Positions 1-10,425 of a stretch of DNA of 52,418 nt are shown one piece after another. The stretch's first letter is position 1. The number at the start of each line of letters is the position of its first letter. The DNA lies in NCBI GenBank assembly GCA_900549705.1, contig URPI01000001.1, forward strand, positions 1 through 52,418, in the 5' to 3' direction. The notes beneath the pieces were generated by a model, which saw only the letters and a list, made by a program, of their open reading frames with translations, ran no database searches and had not been told where the DNA came from. This stretch comes from an uncultured Eubacteriales bacterium. Its GTDB lineage: Bacteria > Bacillota > Clostridia > Oscillospirales > Oscillospiraceae. Made by a program: the position numbers and the translations under genes.

Positions 1-60
1 AGCCCGTTCGGGCTGCCAGCTCCCCCAGAGGTGGAGCCGAGGGCGCTTCGCGCCGGGGAC
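1..60. repeat. REP-like palindromic element (truncated at window start)
   Basis: agcccgttcgggctgccagctcccccagaggtggagccgagggcgcttcgcgcc is nearly identical to 45214-45266 and to the reverse complement of about 28055-28092. Confidence 0.8.
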
Positions 61-161
61 GTATGCAAGACGCTACTCAGCAGATAGCTCAAAATGTGTC
101 CCGCATTGTGCGGCAGAAGGCAGTGATTTCCACAGAGTTTCTTTCACCCATCATCCAATAT

Positions 162-190
162 TTGACTTAAAATTCGGATTGTGATAAAAT
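162..190 (+). promoter_or_regulatory. sigma70/sigmaA promoter of purF-carAB
   Basis: TTGACT-17 bp-TAAAAT with an extended TG. Confidence 0.7.
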
Positions 191-197
191 ACTCCCC

Positions 198-257
198 AAG
201 CAAGGACGCTTATTCAGGCGAAGGAAACTCCGCCGGGGTAGGTGTCTCTTTTTTTTG
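198..257 (+). promoter_or_regulatory. Leader attenuator: ANTAR-type hairpin overlapping an intrinsic terminator
   Basis: AAGC-[AAGGAC]-GCTT hexaloop hairpin (A1/G4) overlaps the 5' arm of a long stem ending in a T-tract just before the RBS. Confidence 0.55.
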
Positions 258-273
258 CGAAAAGGAGGATACA

Positions 274-1713
274 ATGAAAGACCTTCACGAAGAATGCGGT
301 GTGTTTGGTGTCTGGTCGCCAGAACCTCAGAACATGGCGAACCTCGCTTACTATGGGCTGTACGCCTTGCAGCACCGGGGGCAGGAGAGCTGCGGCATCG
401 TTGTAAACGATGATGGCGTGTTCACCGCCCACCGAGATCTGGGGCAGGTTGGCGAGGTGTTCACCCGGGATGTGATGGAAAAATTTCCGGCGGGAACCAT
501 GGCCGTTGCCCATGTGCGATACGGCACCACCGGCGCAACCAACCGAGCGAACTGTCAGCCCATTGTGGTCAACCACATGAAGGGCAAGCTGGCACTGGCA
601 CACAACGGTAACCTCAGCAATGCCTTTGAACTGCGCAGTGCCCTGGAGCTGGGCGGTGCCATCTTCCACGGAACCAGCGACACGGAAATCATTGCCTACA
701 TCATCACCCAGCAGCGGCTGAAAACCCCCTCCATTGAGGCCGCCGTCAGCTGCGCCATGTACCAGATGGAGGGAGCCTATTCCCTGGTGATGATGTCCTC
801 CGCCAAGCTCATTGCTGCCCGTGACCCCTGGGGCTTCCGCCCACTGTGCTACGGCAAAACCCCGGAGGGGATGTATGTGGTAGCCTCCGAAAGCTGTGCC
901 CTGGCTGCCGTTGGAGCAAAGCCGGAGCGGGATTTGCTCCCCGGCGAGATTGTCACCTTCGATGAAACCGGCGTTCACGCCGACCGCTCCCACTGCTCAC
1001 GGCATCCCCAGCGCGCCTGTATTTTTGAATATATCTACTTTGCCCGCCCCGATTCGGTGATTGACGGCGTTTCCGTCCACCAGGCGCGGAAAAACGCAGG
1101 CCGCCTGCTGGCGCGGCGGCATCCCGTGGAGGCGGACATTGTGGTGGGTGTACCGGATTCCGGTCTGGATGCCGCCCTGGGCTATTCCGAAGCCTCCGGG
1201 ATTCCCTTTTCCCTGGGCTTCCTGAAAAACAAATACATCGGCAGAACCTTTATTTCTCCCGGCCAGGGGGAACGGCTGAACCAGGTAAAAATCAAGCTCA
1301 ACCCCATCGGCGAAGCGGTAAACGGCAAGCGTGTGGTGCTGATTGACGATTCCATTGTCCGGGGCACCACCAGCGGGCAGATTGTGAGCCTGCTGCGGGA
1401 GGCCGGTGCCACAGAGATACATATGCGCATTTCTTCCCCGCCCTTCCGCAATCCCTGCTACTACGGTACGGACATTGACTCCCGGGAGCACCTGATTGCC
1501 TGCCACCACTCGATTCCCGAAATCGCGGAAATCATCGGCGCAGATTCCCTGGGCTATCTGGAAATCGAAGACCTGGCAGAGATGATTGGTTCCCCCAACT
1601 TCTGCCATGCCTGCTTCAGCGGAGACTATCCCACGGAAATTCCCAGCCGCACGGAAAAAGACAGATTTGAGGGGAAGCTATCCCAAAGGAGGACAACCCA
1701 TGAAAACAATTGA
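274..1713 (+). CDS. purF: Amidophosphoribosyltransferase
   Basis: RBS AAGGAGG; MKDLHEECGVFG Ntn propeptide/Cys; LQHRGQES, HVRYGT, VVLIDDSIVRGTTS PRPP motif; Fe-S cysteines. Confidence 0.96.
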   Translation: MKDLHEECGVFGVWSPEPQNMANLAYYGLYALQHRGQESCGIVVNDDGVFTAHRDLGQVGEVFTRDVMEKFPAGTMAVAHVRYGTTGATNRANCQPIVVNHMKGKLALAHNGNLSNAFELRSALELGGAIFHGTSDTEIIAYIITQQRLKTPSIEAAVSCAMYQMEGAYSLVMMSSAKLIAARDPWGFRPLCYGKTPEGMYVVASESCALAAVGAKPERDLLPGEIVTFDETGVHADRSHCSRHPQRACIFEYIYFARPDSVIDGVSVHQARKNAGRLLARRHPVEADIVVGVPDSGLDAALGYSEASGIPFSLGFLKNKYIGRTFISPGQGERLNQVKIKLNPIGEAVNGKRVVLIDDSIVRGTTSGQIVSLLREAGATEIHMRISSPPFRNPCYYGTDIDSREHLIACHHSIPEIAEIIGADSLGYLEIEDLAEMIGSPNFCHACFSGDYPTEIPSRTEKDRFEGKLSQRRTTHENN

Positions 1714-2809
1714 CCGCAAGCTTGTCCTGGAGGACGGGAGCGAGTACTATGGCTACGGCTTCGGCAGCACCGCAGACCGGGTTTGCGAAATCGTGTTCAA
1801 CACCTCCATGGCCGGTTATCAGGAAATTGTATCCGACCTGAGTTACACCGACCAGATGGTGGTGATGACCTATCCCCTGATTGGCAACTACGGCATTGCC
1901 GAGGAGGACTTTGAGTGCAAGTTCCCCAACATCGGCGGCATGGTGGTGTATGACTACAACGACTTCCCCTCCAATTTCCGGTGCGTCAAAACCCTGTCGG
2001 AATTGCTGGAGGAGAACAACATCCCCGCCATTTCCGGGGTGGACACCCGGAAGCTGGCGCGAAGCATCCGTGATCTGGGCAGCCGCCGGGCACTGATTAC
2101 TTCCCCGGATACCCCCACCGAAACGGCGCTGGCCGTCATTGCCGCCACTCCGGTGCCCCGGGACGCGGTCAGCCGGGTCAGCTGCAAAAAGCGCTGGTAT
2201 TCCCGCACCGCCGATGCCCAGTTCCATGTGGTTGCCGTGGACTGCGGCATCAAGCTGAATATCATCCGCAGCCTCAACCACTGGGGCTGCAACGTAACCA
2301 TTGTTCCCTACGACACCACAGCAGAGGAAATCCTGTTCATGAAACCGGACGGTGTATTCCTGTCCAACGGCCCCGGTGACCCGGAGGACGTGCCGGAGGT
2401 GGCCGAAACCGTGCGGAAGCTGCGGGGCAAGGTGCCCATTTTCGGGATTTGCCTGGGACACCAGATCCTGTCCCTGGCCTACGGTGCCAAAACCTACAAG
2501 CTGAAGTTCGGCCACCGGGGCGGCAACCATCCCGTAAAAAATCTGCTCACCGGCAAAATTGAAATGACCGCCCAGAACCACAGCTATGCCTTGATCCCGG
2601 AAAGTGTGGAGGGAACGGGGCTGACCGTGACTCATGTGAATCTGCTGGACAACACCATTGAGGGCGTAGAGTGCCGGAAGGACAGAATTTTCGGCATCCA
2701 GTACCACCCGGAAAGTGCCCCCGGCCCCCAGGACAGCCAGTATCTATTTGCCCATTTTGTAGACTACATGAAGGAGGCCAAAGGCAATGCCGAAAAGAAC
2801 CGATATTAA
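1700..2809 (+). CDS. carA: Carbamoyl-phosphate synthase small subunit
   Basis: [51 protein letters not shown]. Confidence 0.96.
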   Translation: MKTIDRKLVLEDGSEYYGYGFGSTADRVCEIVFNTSMAGYQEIVSDLSYTDQMVVMTYPLIGNYGIAEEDFECKFPNIGGMVVYDYNDFPSNFRCVKTLSELLEENNIPAISGVDTRKLARSIRDLGSRRALITSPDTPTETALAVIAATPVPRDAVSRVSCKKRWYSRTADAQFHVVAVDCGIKLNIIRSLNHWGCNVTIVPYDTTAEEILFMKPDGVFLSNGPGDPEDVPEVAETVRKLRGKVPIFGICLGHQILSLAYGAKTYKLKFGHRGGNHPVKNLLTGKIEMTAQNHSYALIPESVEGTGLTVTHVNLLDNTIEGVECRKDRIFGIQYHPESAPGPQDSQYLFAHFVDYMKEAKGNAEKNRY

Positions 2810-5800
2810 AAAAGTCATGGTGATTGGCTCCGGCCCCATCGTCATTGGCCAGGCTGCCGAATTTGACTACGCCGGAACGCAGGCCTGCCTTGCCTTGAAG
2901 GAAGAAGGCTACGAGGTCATTCTGGCAAACTCCAATCCCGCTACCATCATGACCGACAATTCTGTGGCCGACAAGGTGTACATGGAGCCGCTGACCCTGG
3001 AATATCTGGCAAGAATCTGCCGCTATGAGCGCCCGGATGCCATTGTCCCCGGCATCGGCGGCCAGACCGGCCTGAACTTAGCGGTTCAGCTGGCCAAGAA
3101 GGGCGTTTTGGACGAATGCGAAATTGAGCTGCTGGGCACGGATGTAAAAAGTATCGAGTGCGCCGAGGATCGGGAGCTGTTTAAGGAGCTGTGCCAGCGG
3201 ATTGGCGAGCCAACCGTGCCCAGCCACATCACCTACAGCGTGGAGGAAGCCGTGGCTGCCGCCAAGGAAATCGGCTACCCGGTTATCCTGCGCCCTGCCT
3301 TTACCCTGGGCGGAACCGGCGGCGGCTTTGCCTATGACGAAAATGAGCTGCGGGAGATGATGCGGGGCGCGCTGGCGCTGTCCCCGGTGCATCAGGTGCT
3401 GGTGGAAAAGAGCATCAAGGGCTTTAAGGAAATTGAGTATGAGGTCATCCGGGACGGGGCAGACACCGCCATCACCGTCTGTAATATGGAAAATCTCGAC
3501 CCCGTGGGCATCCACACCGGCGACTCCATTGTGGTCGCCCCCAGCCAGACCCTGACCAACAAGGAATATCATATGCTCCGGGACAGTGCCCTGCGCATCA
3601 TCCGCGCCCTGGACGTGAAGGGCGGATGCAATGTGCAATTTGCTCTGGATCCCCATTCCTTCCGTTACTTTGTCATTGAAGTCAATCCCCGGGTGTCCCG
3701 CTCCTCTGCCCTGGCCTCCAAGGCCACCGGCTACCCCATCGCCCGCGTCTCCGCCAAGATTGCCGTGGGACTGCGGCTGGATGAAATTCAACTGGCCAAC
3801 ACTCCCGCCTGTTTTGAACCGACCCTGGATTATGTTGTAACGAAGATGCCCCGGTTCCCCTTTGACAAATTTCCCGCCGCCCAAAACCAGCTGTCCACCC
3901 AGATGAAGGCCACAGGCGAAGTGATGAGCGTGGGGCGGTGCTTTGAGGAGAGCCTGCTGAAAGCCGTCCGCTCCCTGGAAAATCAGAAGATTCATCTGCA
4001 CATGGAGAAATTCGACTCCAAGCATATGCGGGTGGATGAGCTGCTGGACTACATCAAGGAGGGGACGGACGACCGCATCTATGCCATTTCCCAGCTCATG
4101 TGGTTGGGGGTGGATGCCTCCCTGGTGTGCGACATCACCCAGATTGATATGTTCTTCCTGGACAAAATCAAACAGATTGTGGATTTTGAAAAGGAGCTGG
4201 AGCAAGCCCCCGGCGACCTTGCCCTGCTGAAGGAAGCCAAGCGTCTGGGCTTCTCCGATGCCTATATTGCCGAGCTGTGGAAGCAAAAGGAGCTGGATGT
4301 ATACACGCTTCGCTGCAAATGGCGCATCTTCCCGGTGTACAAGATGATTGACACCTGTGCCAGCGAATTTGAAAGCTATGTTCCCTACTTCTATTCCACC
4401 TACGCTTCCGAGAATGAATCGGTGGTATCCAACCGGAAAAAGGTCATCGTCCTTGGCTCCGGCCCCATTCGCATCGGCCAGGGCGTGGAATTTGACTATT
4501 CCACCGTTCACGCCGTCCACACCATTCAGCAGATGGGGTATGAGGCCATTGTCATCAACAACAACCCTGAGACCGTCTCCACGGACTATACCACGGCAGA
4601 CAAGCTGTACTTTGAGCCGCTGACGGCAGAGGACGTGATGAACATCGTCCATCTGGAGCACCCGGAGGGTGTCATTGTCACCCTGGGCGGCCAGACCGCG
4701 GTGAATCTGGCGCAAAGCCTCCACGACCGGGGCGTGAACATCATTGGAACAGACTGCGCTGCCATCGAAAAGGCTGAGAACCGGGATGCTTTTGACGCTG
4801 TTATCAAGGCGCTGCACATCCCCAACCCCACCGGTGAGGCGGTCACTACCCTGGAAGAAGGCATTTGCGCCGCCGACCGCATCGGCTATCCGGTGCTGGT
4901 GCGCCCCAGCTTTGTGCTGGGCGGCAGAGCCATGGAAATCGTTGCCAAGCGGGAAATGCTGGAACGGTATTTGAAGAATGCCTTTGCGGTGGACGACACC
5001 AAGCCCGTGCTGATTGACAAGTATGTGGTAGGCAAGGAAACGGAGGTGGATGCCATCTGCGATGGTGAACAGGTTTTCCTGCCCGGCATCATGGAGCTGG
5101 TGGAGCGCACCGGCGTTCATTCCGGCGACTCTATCAGCGTATATCCCCCCTTCTCCCTGAGCCAGTCGGTGAAGGATACCATTGTGGAATACACCACCAA
5201 GCTGGGGCTGGGCATCGGCATCCGGGGACTGTTTAACATTCAGTTTATTGTTGCACCGGATGACCATGTGTATGTCATCGAAGTCAACCCCCGCGCCTCC
5301 CGGTCCGTTCCCTTCCTCTCCAAGTCCACCGGCTGCAACCTGGTGCAGATTGCCACCCGCGTGATGCTGGGACAGTCTCTGGCGCAGCAGGGCATCACCG
5401 GCAGTGCTGAGCGAAAAGAGCAGCGCTGGTATGTCAAGGCTCCCGCTTTTTCCTTTGCCAAGCTCACCGGTATGGATGCTTACCTGTCCCCGGAAATGAA
5501 ATCCACCGGCGAAGCCATCGGCTATGATGTGAAGCTGAACCGGGCGCTTTACAAAGCACTGCAAGCTTCCGGCATCAAAATGAAGGACTACGGCACGGTG
5601 ATTGTAACCCTGGCAGATGAAGACAAGGAGGAGGCGCTGCCTCTGGTTCGCCGGTTCTATCACCTGGGCTTCAACATTGAGGCCACCGAAGGAACCGCGG
5701 CCTTCCTCAAAAGCCACGGCATCCGCACCCGGGTACGCCGGAAGCTCAGTGACGGCAGCAATGAAATTCTCGATTCCATCCGCGCCGGTTATGTCAGTTA

Positions 5801-5972
5801 TATTCTCAACACCCGTGCCATTACCTCCGGGGTACACTATGACGACGGCGTGGCCATCCGCCGCTGCGCCGTGCAGAACGGCGTGAATATGTTCACCTCT
5901 CTGGATACTGCCAGAATCCTGCTGGACGCATTGGAAGAAGTGATTCCCGAAATCTCCACCATCGGAAAATAA
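2787..5972 (+). CDS. carB: Carbamoyl-phosphate synthase large subunit
   Basis: [30 protein letters not shown]; duplicated ATP-grasp domains; C-terminal MGS domain. Confidence 0.97.
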   Translation: MPKRTDIKKVMVIGSGPIVIGQAAEFDYAGTQACLALKEEGYEVILANSNPATIMTDNSVADKVYMEPLTLEYLARICRYERPDAIVPGIGGQTGLNLAVQLAKKGVLDECEIELLGTDVKSIECAEDRELFKELCQRIGEPTVPSHITYSVEEAVAAAKEIGYPVILRPAFTLGGTGGGFAYDENELREMMRGALALSPVHQVLVEKSIKGFKEIEYEVIRDGADTAITVCNMENLDPVGIHTGDSIVVAPSQTLTNKEYHMLRDSALRIIRALDVKGGCNVQFALDPHSFRYFVIEVNPRVSRSSALASKATGYPIARVSAKIAVGLRLDEIQLANTPACFEPTLDYVVTKMPRFPFDKFPAAQNQLSTQMKATGEVMSVGRCFEESLLKAVRSLENQKIHLHMEKFDSKHMRVDELLDYIKEGTDDRIYAISQLMWLGVDASLVCDITQIDMFFLDKIKQIVDFEKELEQAPGDLALLKEAKRLGFSDAYIAELWKQKELDVYTLRCKWRIFPVYKMIDTCASEFESYVPYFYSTYASENESVVSNRKKVIVLGSGPIRIGQGVEFDYSTVHAVHTIQQMGYEAIVINNNPETVSTDYTTADKLYFEPLTAEDVMNIVHLEHPEGVIVTLGGQTAVNLAQSLHDRGVNIIGTDCAAIEKAENRDAFDAVIKALHIPNPTGEAVTTLEEGICAADRIGYPVLVRPSFVLGGRAMEIVAKREMLERYLKNAFAVDDTKPVLIDKYVVGKETEVDAICDGEQVFLPGIMELVERTGVHSGDSISVYPPFSLSQSVKDTIVEYTTKLGLGIGIRGLFNIQFIVAPDDHVYVIEVNPRASRSVPFLSKSTGCNLVQIATRVMLGQSLAQQGITGSAERKEQRWYVKAPAFSFAKLTGMDAYLSPEMKSTGEAIGYDVKLNRALYKALQASGIKMKDYGTVIVTLADEDKEEALPLVRRFYHLGFNIEATEGTAAFLKSHGIRTRVRRKLSDGSNEILDSIRAGYVSYILNTRAITSGVHYDDGVAIRRCAVQNGVNMFTSLDTARILLDALEEVIPEISTIGK

Positions 5973-5979
5973 AAATTCA

Positions 5980-6012
5980 CCGGAGCTGCCAATTGCGGCA
6001 GCTCCGGCTTTT
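5980..6012 (+). terminator. Intrinsic terminator after carB
   Basis: ccggagctgcc-aattgc-ggcagctccgg followed by Ts. Confidence 0.8.
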
Positions 6013-6151
6013 CATAAGTAAGAAGCAAGAAAACGTGAATCAGTATGGCGGCCACGGAACAGCCGTAAAACGTATTCACAATTCACTTTTCTCGAATCCG
6101 CTTCTAAAGAATGTCTGCAATTCAGCGTTTCCGTTCCGGCTCGAAGCGAGA

Positions 6152-8569
6152 TTACACCGTTACGGCAACGTCATATTCTGTCTTGCCGGTGTCGGGAATG
6201 ACCTTCCCCTCCATTGCCGTTCCATCCACGGTCAGGCTGTAGCTTCCGGTCTGCCGCACGGAAATGCGGTAGACTGCGCCCCGGAATTTCCGGGTCACGG
6301 TATAGTCCCCAAAGTCGGTGGGCAGGCAGGGGTCAATGCTCAGGCCGCTCAGGGTGGGCTTGATGCCCAGGATGTACTGGCTGATGTTTACGAATGTCCA
6401 GGAGGCGGTGCCGGTCAGCCAGCTGTTGCGGGCGGCTCCCTCCTCGAAGGATGCCCGGGCGGCAACGGTCTGGGCGTAGACGTAAGGCTCCACCCGGCGG
6501 ATGTCGCTGTGCTCCTCCTGGTAAACCGGGGCGGTACGCTTGTAAATGTCAAAGGCGTTGTCGCCCCGCCCCACCACGGTTTCCGCAATGGAAATCCAGG
6601 GGTTATTGTGGCAGAAAACCGAGCCGTTTTCCTTGTATCCCGGGGGATAGGAGGAAATTTCTCCCAGCTCCTTGTGATACACGGTGTAGCAGGGAGCCAG
6701 CAGCTCCACGCCGTATTTGCCCAGCAGGTGCTTGCGGACGGAATCCAGCGCCATCACCGCCTTGCCGTCCTGCTTGCCCACCCCTGCCATGACGCACATT
6801 CCCTGGGGCTCGATGTAAATTTTGCCCTCCTGGCACTGGTTGGAGCCAACGGGATGGGAGAAGGCATCATAAGCGCGGACGAACCACTGCCCGTCCCACC
6901 CGGCGGTTTCAATGGTCTGCTCCATGTCGCTGACGGCATTCCGCACAGCTTCGGCTTCCGTATTCAGCCCCTTGGCCTGGCAGATTTCGGCATATTCCCT
7001 GCCGTACAGCACAAACATACCGCCGATGAACACCGATTCTGCCACGGGTCCCTCAGAGGGGCCGGAGGTCTGGAAGCTCTCGCCCGGCTCCTCGCTGAAG
7101 CAGTTCAGGTTCAGGCAGTCGTTCCAGTCGGCGCGGCCAATCAGGGGCAGACCGTGAGGGCCGGTGTGGGTCATGGTGAAGTTCACGCTGCGGCGCAGAT
7201 GCTCCATCAGGGGCATTTCCGAGCCGGGGACATTGTCGAAGGGGGTGGGGTGATCCAGGATGGAAAAGTCCCCGGTCTCTGCCAGATAGGCATGGGTGGC
7301 AGCCACCAGCCACAGGGGGTCGTCATTAAAGCCGGAGCCAATGTCGTTGTTGCCCCGCTTGGTCAGGGGCTGGTACTGGTGATAGGTGGAGCCGTCCGCC
7401 CACTGGACGGAGGCAATGTCGATGATTCGCTCCCGGGCACGGTCTGGTGCCATGTGGACGAAGCCCAGCAAATCCTGGCAGCTGTCCCGGAAGCCCATGC
7501 CCCGCCCGGTGCCGGATTCAAAATAGCTGGCGGAGCGGCTCATGTTATAGGTGACCATGCACTGATATTGATGCCAGATGTTTACCGCCCGGTTCAGCTT
7601 TTCGTCCTTGCAGGACAGGGTATAGGTGTTCAGCAGACGGCTCCAGTCGACGCGCAGCGCCTCCATGGCCTGTTCCACCGCTTCATCGGTGGAAAATTTC
7701 TGCATCACCCGATGGGCGGTATCCTTGCGGATAACGCCGGGGGCGATGAATTTCTGCTCCCTGGGATTTTTGCCGTAACCCAGCACAAACACCAGATGCC
7801 GGGTTTCGCCGGGGGCAAGGGTAATGTCCAGGTGCAGACCCGCCATGGGCGCGCCGCCGTGGGCGATGAAATTGCCGGCTTCTTTATTCAAAATGGCCTG
7901 GGGGGCGGCAAAATTGCCGAAGATACCCAGGAAGCTGTCCCGGTCGGTGTCGAAGCCGCTGAGGGGGGCGTTGACACCGTAATAGGCATAGTGATCCCGC
8001 CTTTCCCGGTATTCGGTTTTGTGGTAAATGACGCTGCCCTCCACCTCCACTTCGCCAATGTTCAGATTCCGCTGGAAATTGGTGGCATCGTCCACGGCAT
8101 TCCACAAGCACCATTCCACGGCGGCGGTGAATCGGAAGCTGCGCTGTCTGCCGGATTTGTTGGTCAGCGCCACCTGCTGCACCTCGCAATTTTCCTCCCC
8201 CGGCACCAGGAAGGTAAGGGCGGCGGCGATGCCGTCTTTCTCCGCCTCAAAGATGGTGTAGCCCAGGCCGTGGCGGCAGCGATAGGTGTCCAGCGGGGCA
8301 TCGCAGGGGTGGAAGGTGGGACTCCAGGGGGCTTTTCCGTCTTCTTTTACATAGAAGAAACGGCCACCGATGTCAGCCGGGACGTTGTTGTAGCGGTAGC
8401 GCAGCAGCCGCTGCAATTTCGCATCCCGATAGAAGCAATAGCCTCCGGCGGTGTTGCTGATGAGGGAAAAGAAATCCTTTCTGCCCAGATAGTTAATCCA
8501 GGGCAAGGGGGTGGCGGGGGTTTCAATCACATATTCTTTTTTTGCATCGTCAAAAAAACCGTAACGCAT
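6152..8569 (-). CDS. GH94 glycoside phosphorylase, probably cellobiose phosphorylase
   Basis: MRYGFFDD..EYVI..P.TPLPWINYLG, GRGMGFRDSCQD, ADWNDCLNL, ENGSVFCHNNPW, WLTGTASW; RBS AAGGAG. Confidence 0.88.
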   Translation of the reverse strand: MRYGFFDDAKKEYVIETPATPLPWINYLGRKDFFSLISNTAGGYCFYRDAKLQRLLRYRYNNVPADIGGRFFYVKEDGKAPWSPTFHPCDAPLDTYRCRHGLGYTIFEAEKDGIAAALTFLVPGEENCEVQQVALTNKSGRQRSFRFTAAVEWCLWNAVDDATNFQRNLNIGEVEVEGSVIYHKTEYRERRDHYAYYGVNAPLSGFDTDRDSFLGIFGNFAAPQAILNKEAGNFIAHGGAPMAGLHLDITLAPGETRHLVFVLGYGKNPREQKFIAPGVIRKDTAHRVMQKFSTDEAVEQAMEALRVDWSRLLNTYTLSCKDEKLNRAVNIWHQYQCMVTYNMSRSASYFESGTGRGMGFRDSCQDLLGFVHMAPDRARERIIDIASVQWADGSTYHQYQPLTKRGNNDIGSGFNDDPLWLVAATHAYLAETGDFSILDHPTPFDNVPGSEMPLMEHLRRSVNFTMTHTGPHGLPLIGRADWNDCLNLNCFSEEPGESFQTSGPSEGPVAESVFIGGMFVLYGREYAEICQAKGLNTEAEAVRNAVSDMEQTIETAGWDGQWFVRAYDAFSHPVGSNQCQEGKIYIEPQGMCVMAGVGKQDGKAVMALDSVRKHLLGKYGVELLAPCYTVYHKELGEISSYPPGYKENGSVFCHNNPWISIAETVVGRGDNAFDIYKRTAPVYQEEHSDIRRVEPYVYAQTVAARASFEEGAARNSWLTGTASWTFVNISQYILGIKPTLSGLSIDPCLPTDFGDYTVTRKFRGAVYRISVRQTGSYSLTVDGTAMEGKVIPDTGKTEYDVAVTV

Positions 8570-8612
8570 ACTGGCTCTCCTTTGGATGGATTTTATGGGG
8601 TAAAAGATTACT

Positions 8613-8659
8613 TAAACGTTTACGATTACATTTTACCATAGAGCAAGGAGAAAATCAAG
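8613..8659 (-). promoter_or_regulatory. Promoter of the GH94 gene with a LacI/cre-like palindrome
   Basis: Minus strand TTGATT-17-TAAAAT followed by the perfect palindrome TAAACGTTTA (8613-8622). Confidence 0.5.
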
Positions 8660-8807
8660 GCGTATGTAAAATTTTTTGCGGGCGACCATGGACGTGCGCC
8701 CTGCGTTGGCATCCCCCGCCCCTGCGGTGCAGGTTTTTGTTTACGAGCGGGGCAATCTGCGCTATAATAGCCCGGAGAAAATTGCCGCAGGGTGGGAGGA
8801 ACAGAGC

Positions 8808-9689
8808 ATGGTTTATTATCATTTACCGGGGTTATTTGAATTTTATGAGTTCTACCGGGTGTTTCTCCCCCTGTTTCACACCCACCGGGAATATTTTTAC
8901 GACTGGTGTGACATCGGCTCTATTTACGGCGCACCGGCGGACTGCCTGTGGGGCGGCGGGCGTGTAGGCTTTGGGGAGGCTGACCCCCGCCGAGTGCTGG
9001 AATTAACCCAAGCCTATGGCATTTCGGCACGGCTCACCCTGAGCAATTCATTGCTGCGGCGGGAGCATTTGACGGATAGGAAATGCAATCGGCTGTGTGA
9101 GCAGTTCAGTCAATCCGGGAAAAACGGCGTGATACTCCATTCGGATTTGCTGCTGGGCTATCTCCGGCAGCAGTACCCCGGATTCTATTTCGTCTCCTCC
9201 ACCACCAAGGTGCTGACGGATTTCCGGCAGCTGGAGGAGGAGCTGAACCGGGCGGAATTTTGCTATGTGGTGCCGGATTTTCGTCTGAACAAGGATTTTG
9301 ACCGGCTCAGCGCCTTGCCCCAATGGCAGAAGGACAAGGTGGAGTTTTTGTGCAACGAATGCTGCTGGTTCGGCTGCACCCAGCGCAAGCAATGCTATGA
9401 GGCGGTGAGCCGCAAGGCACTGGGGGAGGACTGCGAACACATCTGCACCGCCCCCGGCGGCGGGGAGGGCTACCGGTTTTCAAAAGCCATGGAAAATCCC
9501 GGCTTTATCAGTGCAGAGGACATTCAGCGCCTCTATGCCCCCATGGGATTTTCCCATTTTAAGATTGAGGGGCGGGGGCTGGGCAGCGCCCTGCTGCTGG
9601 AATTTCTGCTGCATTACATGACAAAGCCGGAATACCGGATTCACGTCCGGGAGGCTGTGTATTTAGATAGTATGCTGGATTTGTTTTGA
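8808..9689 (+). CDS. Conserved hypothetical protein, U32-peptidase-like with Cys cluster
   Basis: RBS GGAGG; CNECCWFGC..CY..C and FSHFKIEGRG resemble U32-family motifs. Confidence 0.6.
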   Translation: MVYYHLPGLFEFYEFYRVFLPLFHTHREYFYDWCDIGSIYGAPADCLWGGGRVGFGEADPRRVLELTQAYGISARLTLSNSLLRREHLTDRKCNRLCEQFSQSGKNGVILHSDLLLGYLRQQYPGFYFVSSTTKVLTDFRQLEEELNRAEFCYVVPDFRLNKDFDRLSALPQWQKDKVEFLCNECCWFGCTQRKQCYEAVSRKALGEDCEHICTAPGGGEGYRFSKAMENPGFISAEDIQRLYAPMGFSHFKIEGRGLGSALLLEFLLHYMTKPEYRIHVREAVYLDSMLDLF

Positions 9690-9692
9690 CCG

Positions 9693-9724
9693 AAAAAAGC
9701 GCCGCAGGTGGAAGCCTGCGGCGG
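9693..9724. terminator. Terminator between convergent genes
   Basis: aaaaaag-cgccgcagg-tggaag-cctgcggcg. Confidence 0.7.
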
Positions 9725-9744
9725 TCGTTATCATATGAAGGTGT

Positions 9745-10425
9745 TTACCTAACTACTTTTGAATCCTGTACCACTCTGCCATCACTAATGACGATGTTCC
9801 TTTGGCACATATCCGCATACCGCTGTTCATGCGTTACCAGCAGAATTGTATGTCCCTGGCGATTGATTTCTGATAATAGTTTCATAATCTCATCGGCGGA
9901 ATGCTTGTCAAGGTTGCCTGTGGGTTCATCGGCAAGAAGAATGGAGGGGTGCATAATCAATGCTCGCGCAATGGCAACGCGCTGCTTTTGTCCGCCTGAC
10001 AATTCCGATGGGAAATGCTTTAGACGATTTTCGATGCCCAGGAAGGAAGCAAGACGTTCAATTTCATCCTGCCTGGGCTTTTTGCCATCCAGCAACATAG
10101 GCATTGCAATGTTCTCCTGGGCACTTAAAATCGGAATCAGCTTAAAATCCTGGAAAATGTGGCCAATCTTTTGCCGCTTGATTTGAGCCAATTTCGGTTC
10201 TGCCACTTTTTGCAGATTTACTCCATCTATGTAGACGCAGCCGGAGGTTGGGGGGTCAATTCCACCCAGCAGGTTCAGGAGCGTGGTCTTGCCGGAACCG
10301 GATTGACCGGTAATGGCTGTAAATTCGCCGGGTTCAATGCTGAGAGAAACGTTGTCCACCGCATGAACCTCGTCCTGTCCCTGTTTATAAATCTTGGTTA
10401 TAGATTCTGTTTTAATAACACTCAT
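9745..10425 (-). CDS. ABC transporter ATP-binding protein (LolD/MacB type)
   Basis: GQSGSGKTT, LSGGQKQRVAIARAL, ILLADEPTGNLD; start MSVIK overlaps the permease stop. Confidence 0.92.
   Translation of the reverse strand: MSVIKTESITKIYKQGQDEVHAVDNVSLSIEPGEFTAITGQSGSGKTTLLNLLGGIDPPTSGCVYIDGVNLQKVAEPKLAQIKRQKIGHIFQDFKLIPILSAQENIAMPMLLDGKKPRQDEIERLASFLGIENRLKHFPSELSGGQKQRVAIARALIMHPSILLADEPTGNLDKHSADEIMKLLSEINRQGHTILLVTHEQRYADMCQRNIVISDGRVVQDSKVVR

Noticed and set aside
190..273. Purine, ZTP or PRPP riboswitch upstream of purF
   Set aside because: The leader is only about 75 nt and lacks those consensus elements; the hairpin/terminator fits an ANTAR-type site better
3078..5837. Long antisense ORFs (for example 3078-5837, 5993-8641, 15828-17672, 21313-24093, 25617-27941, 43640-44947)
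   Set aside because: These are shadows of well-supported genes on the opposite strand, typical of high-GC codon bias, with no recognisable motifs
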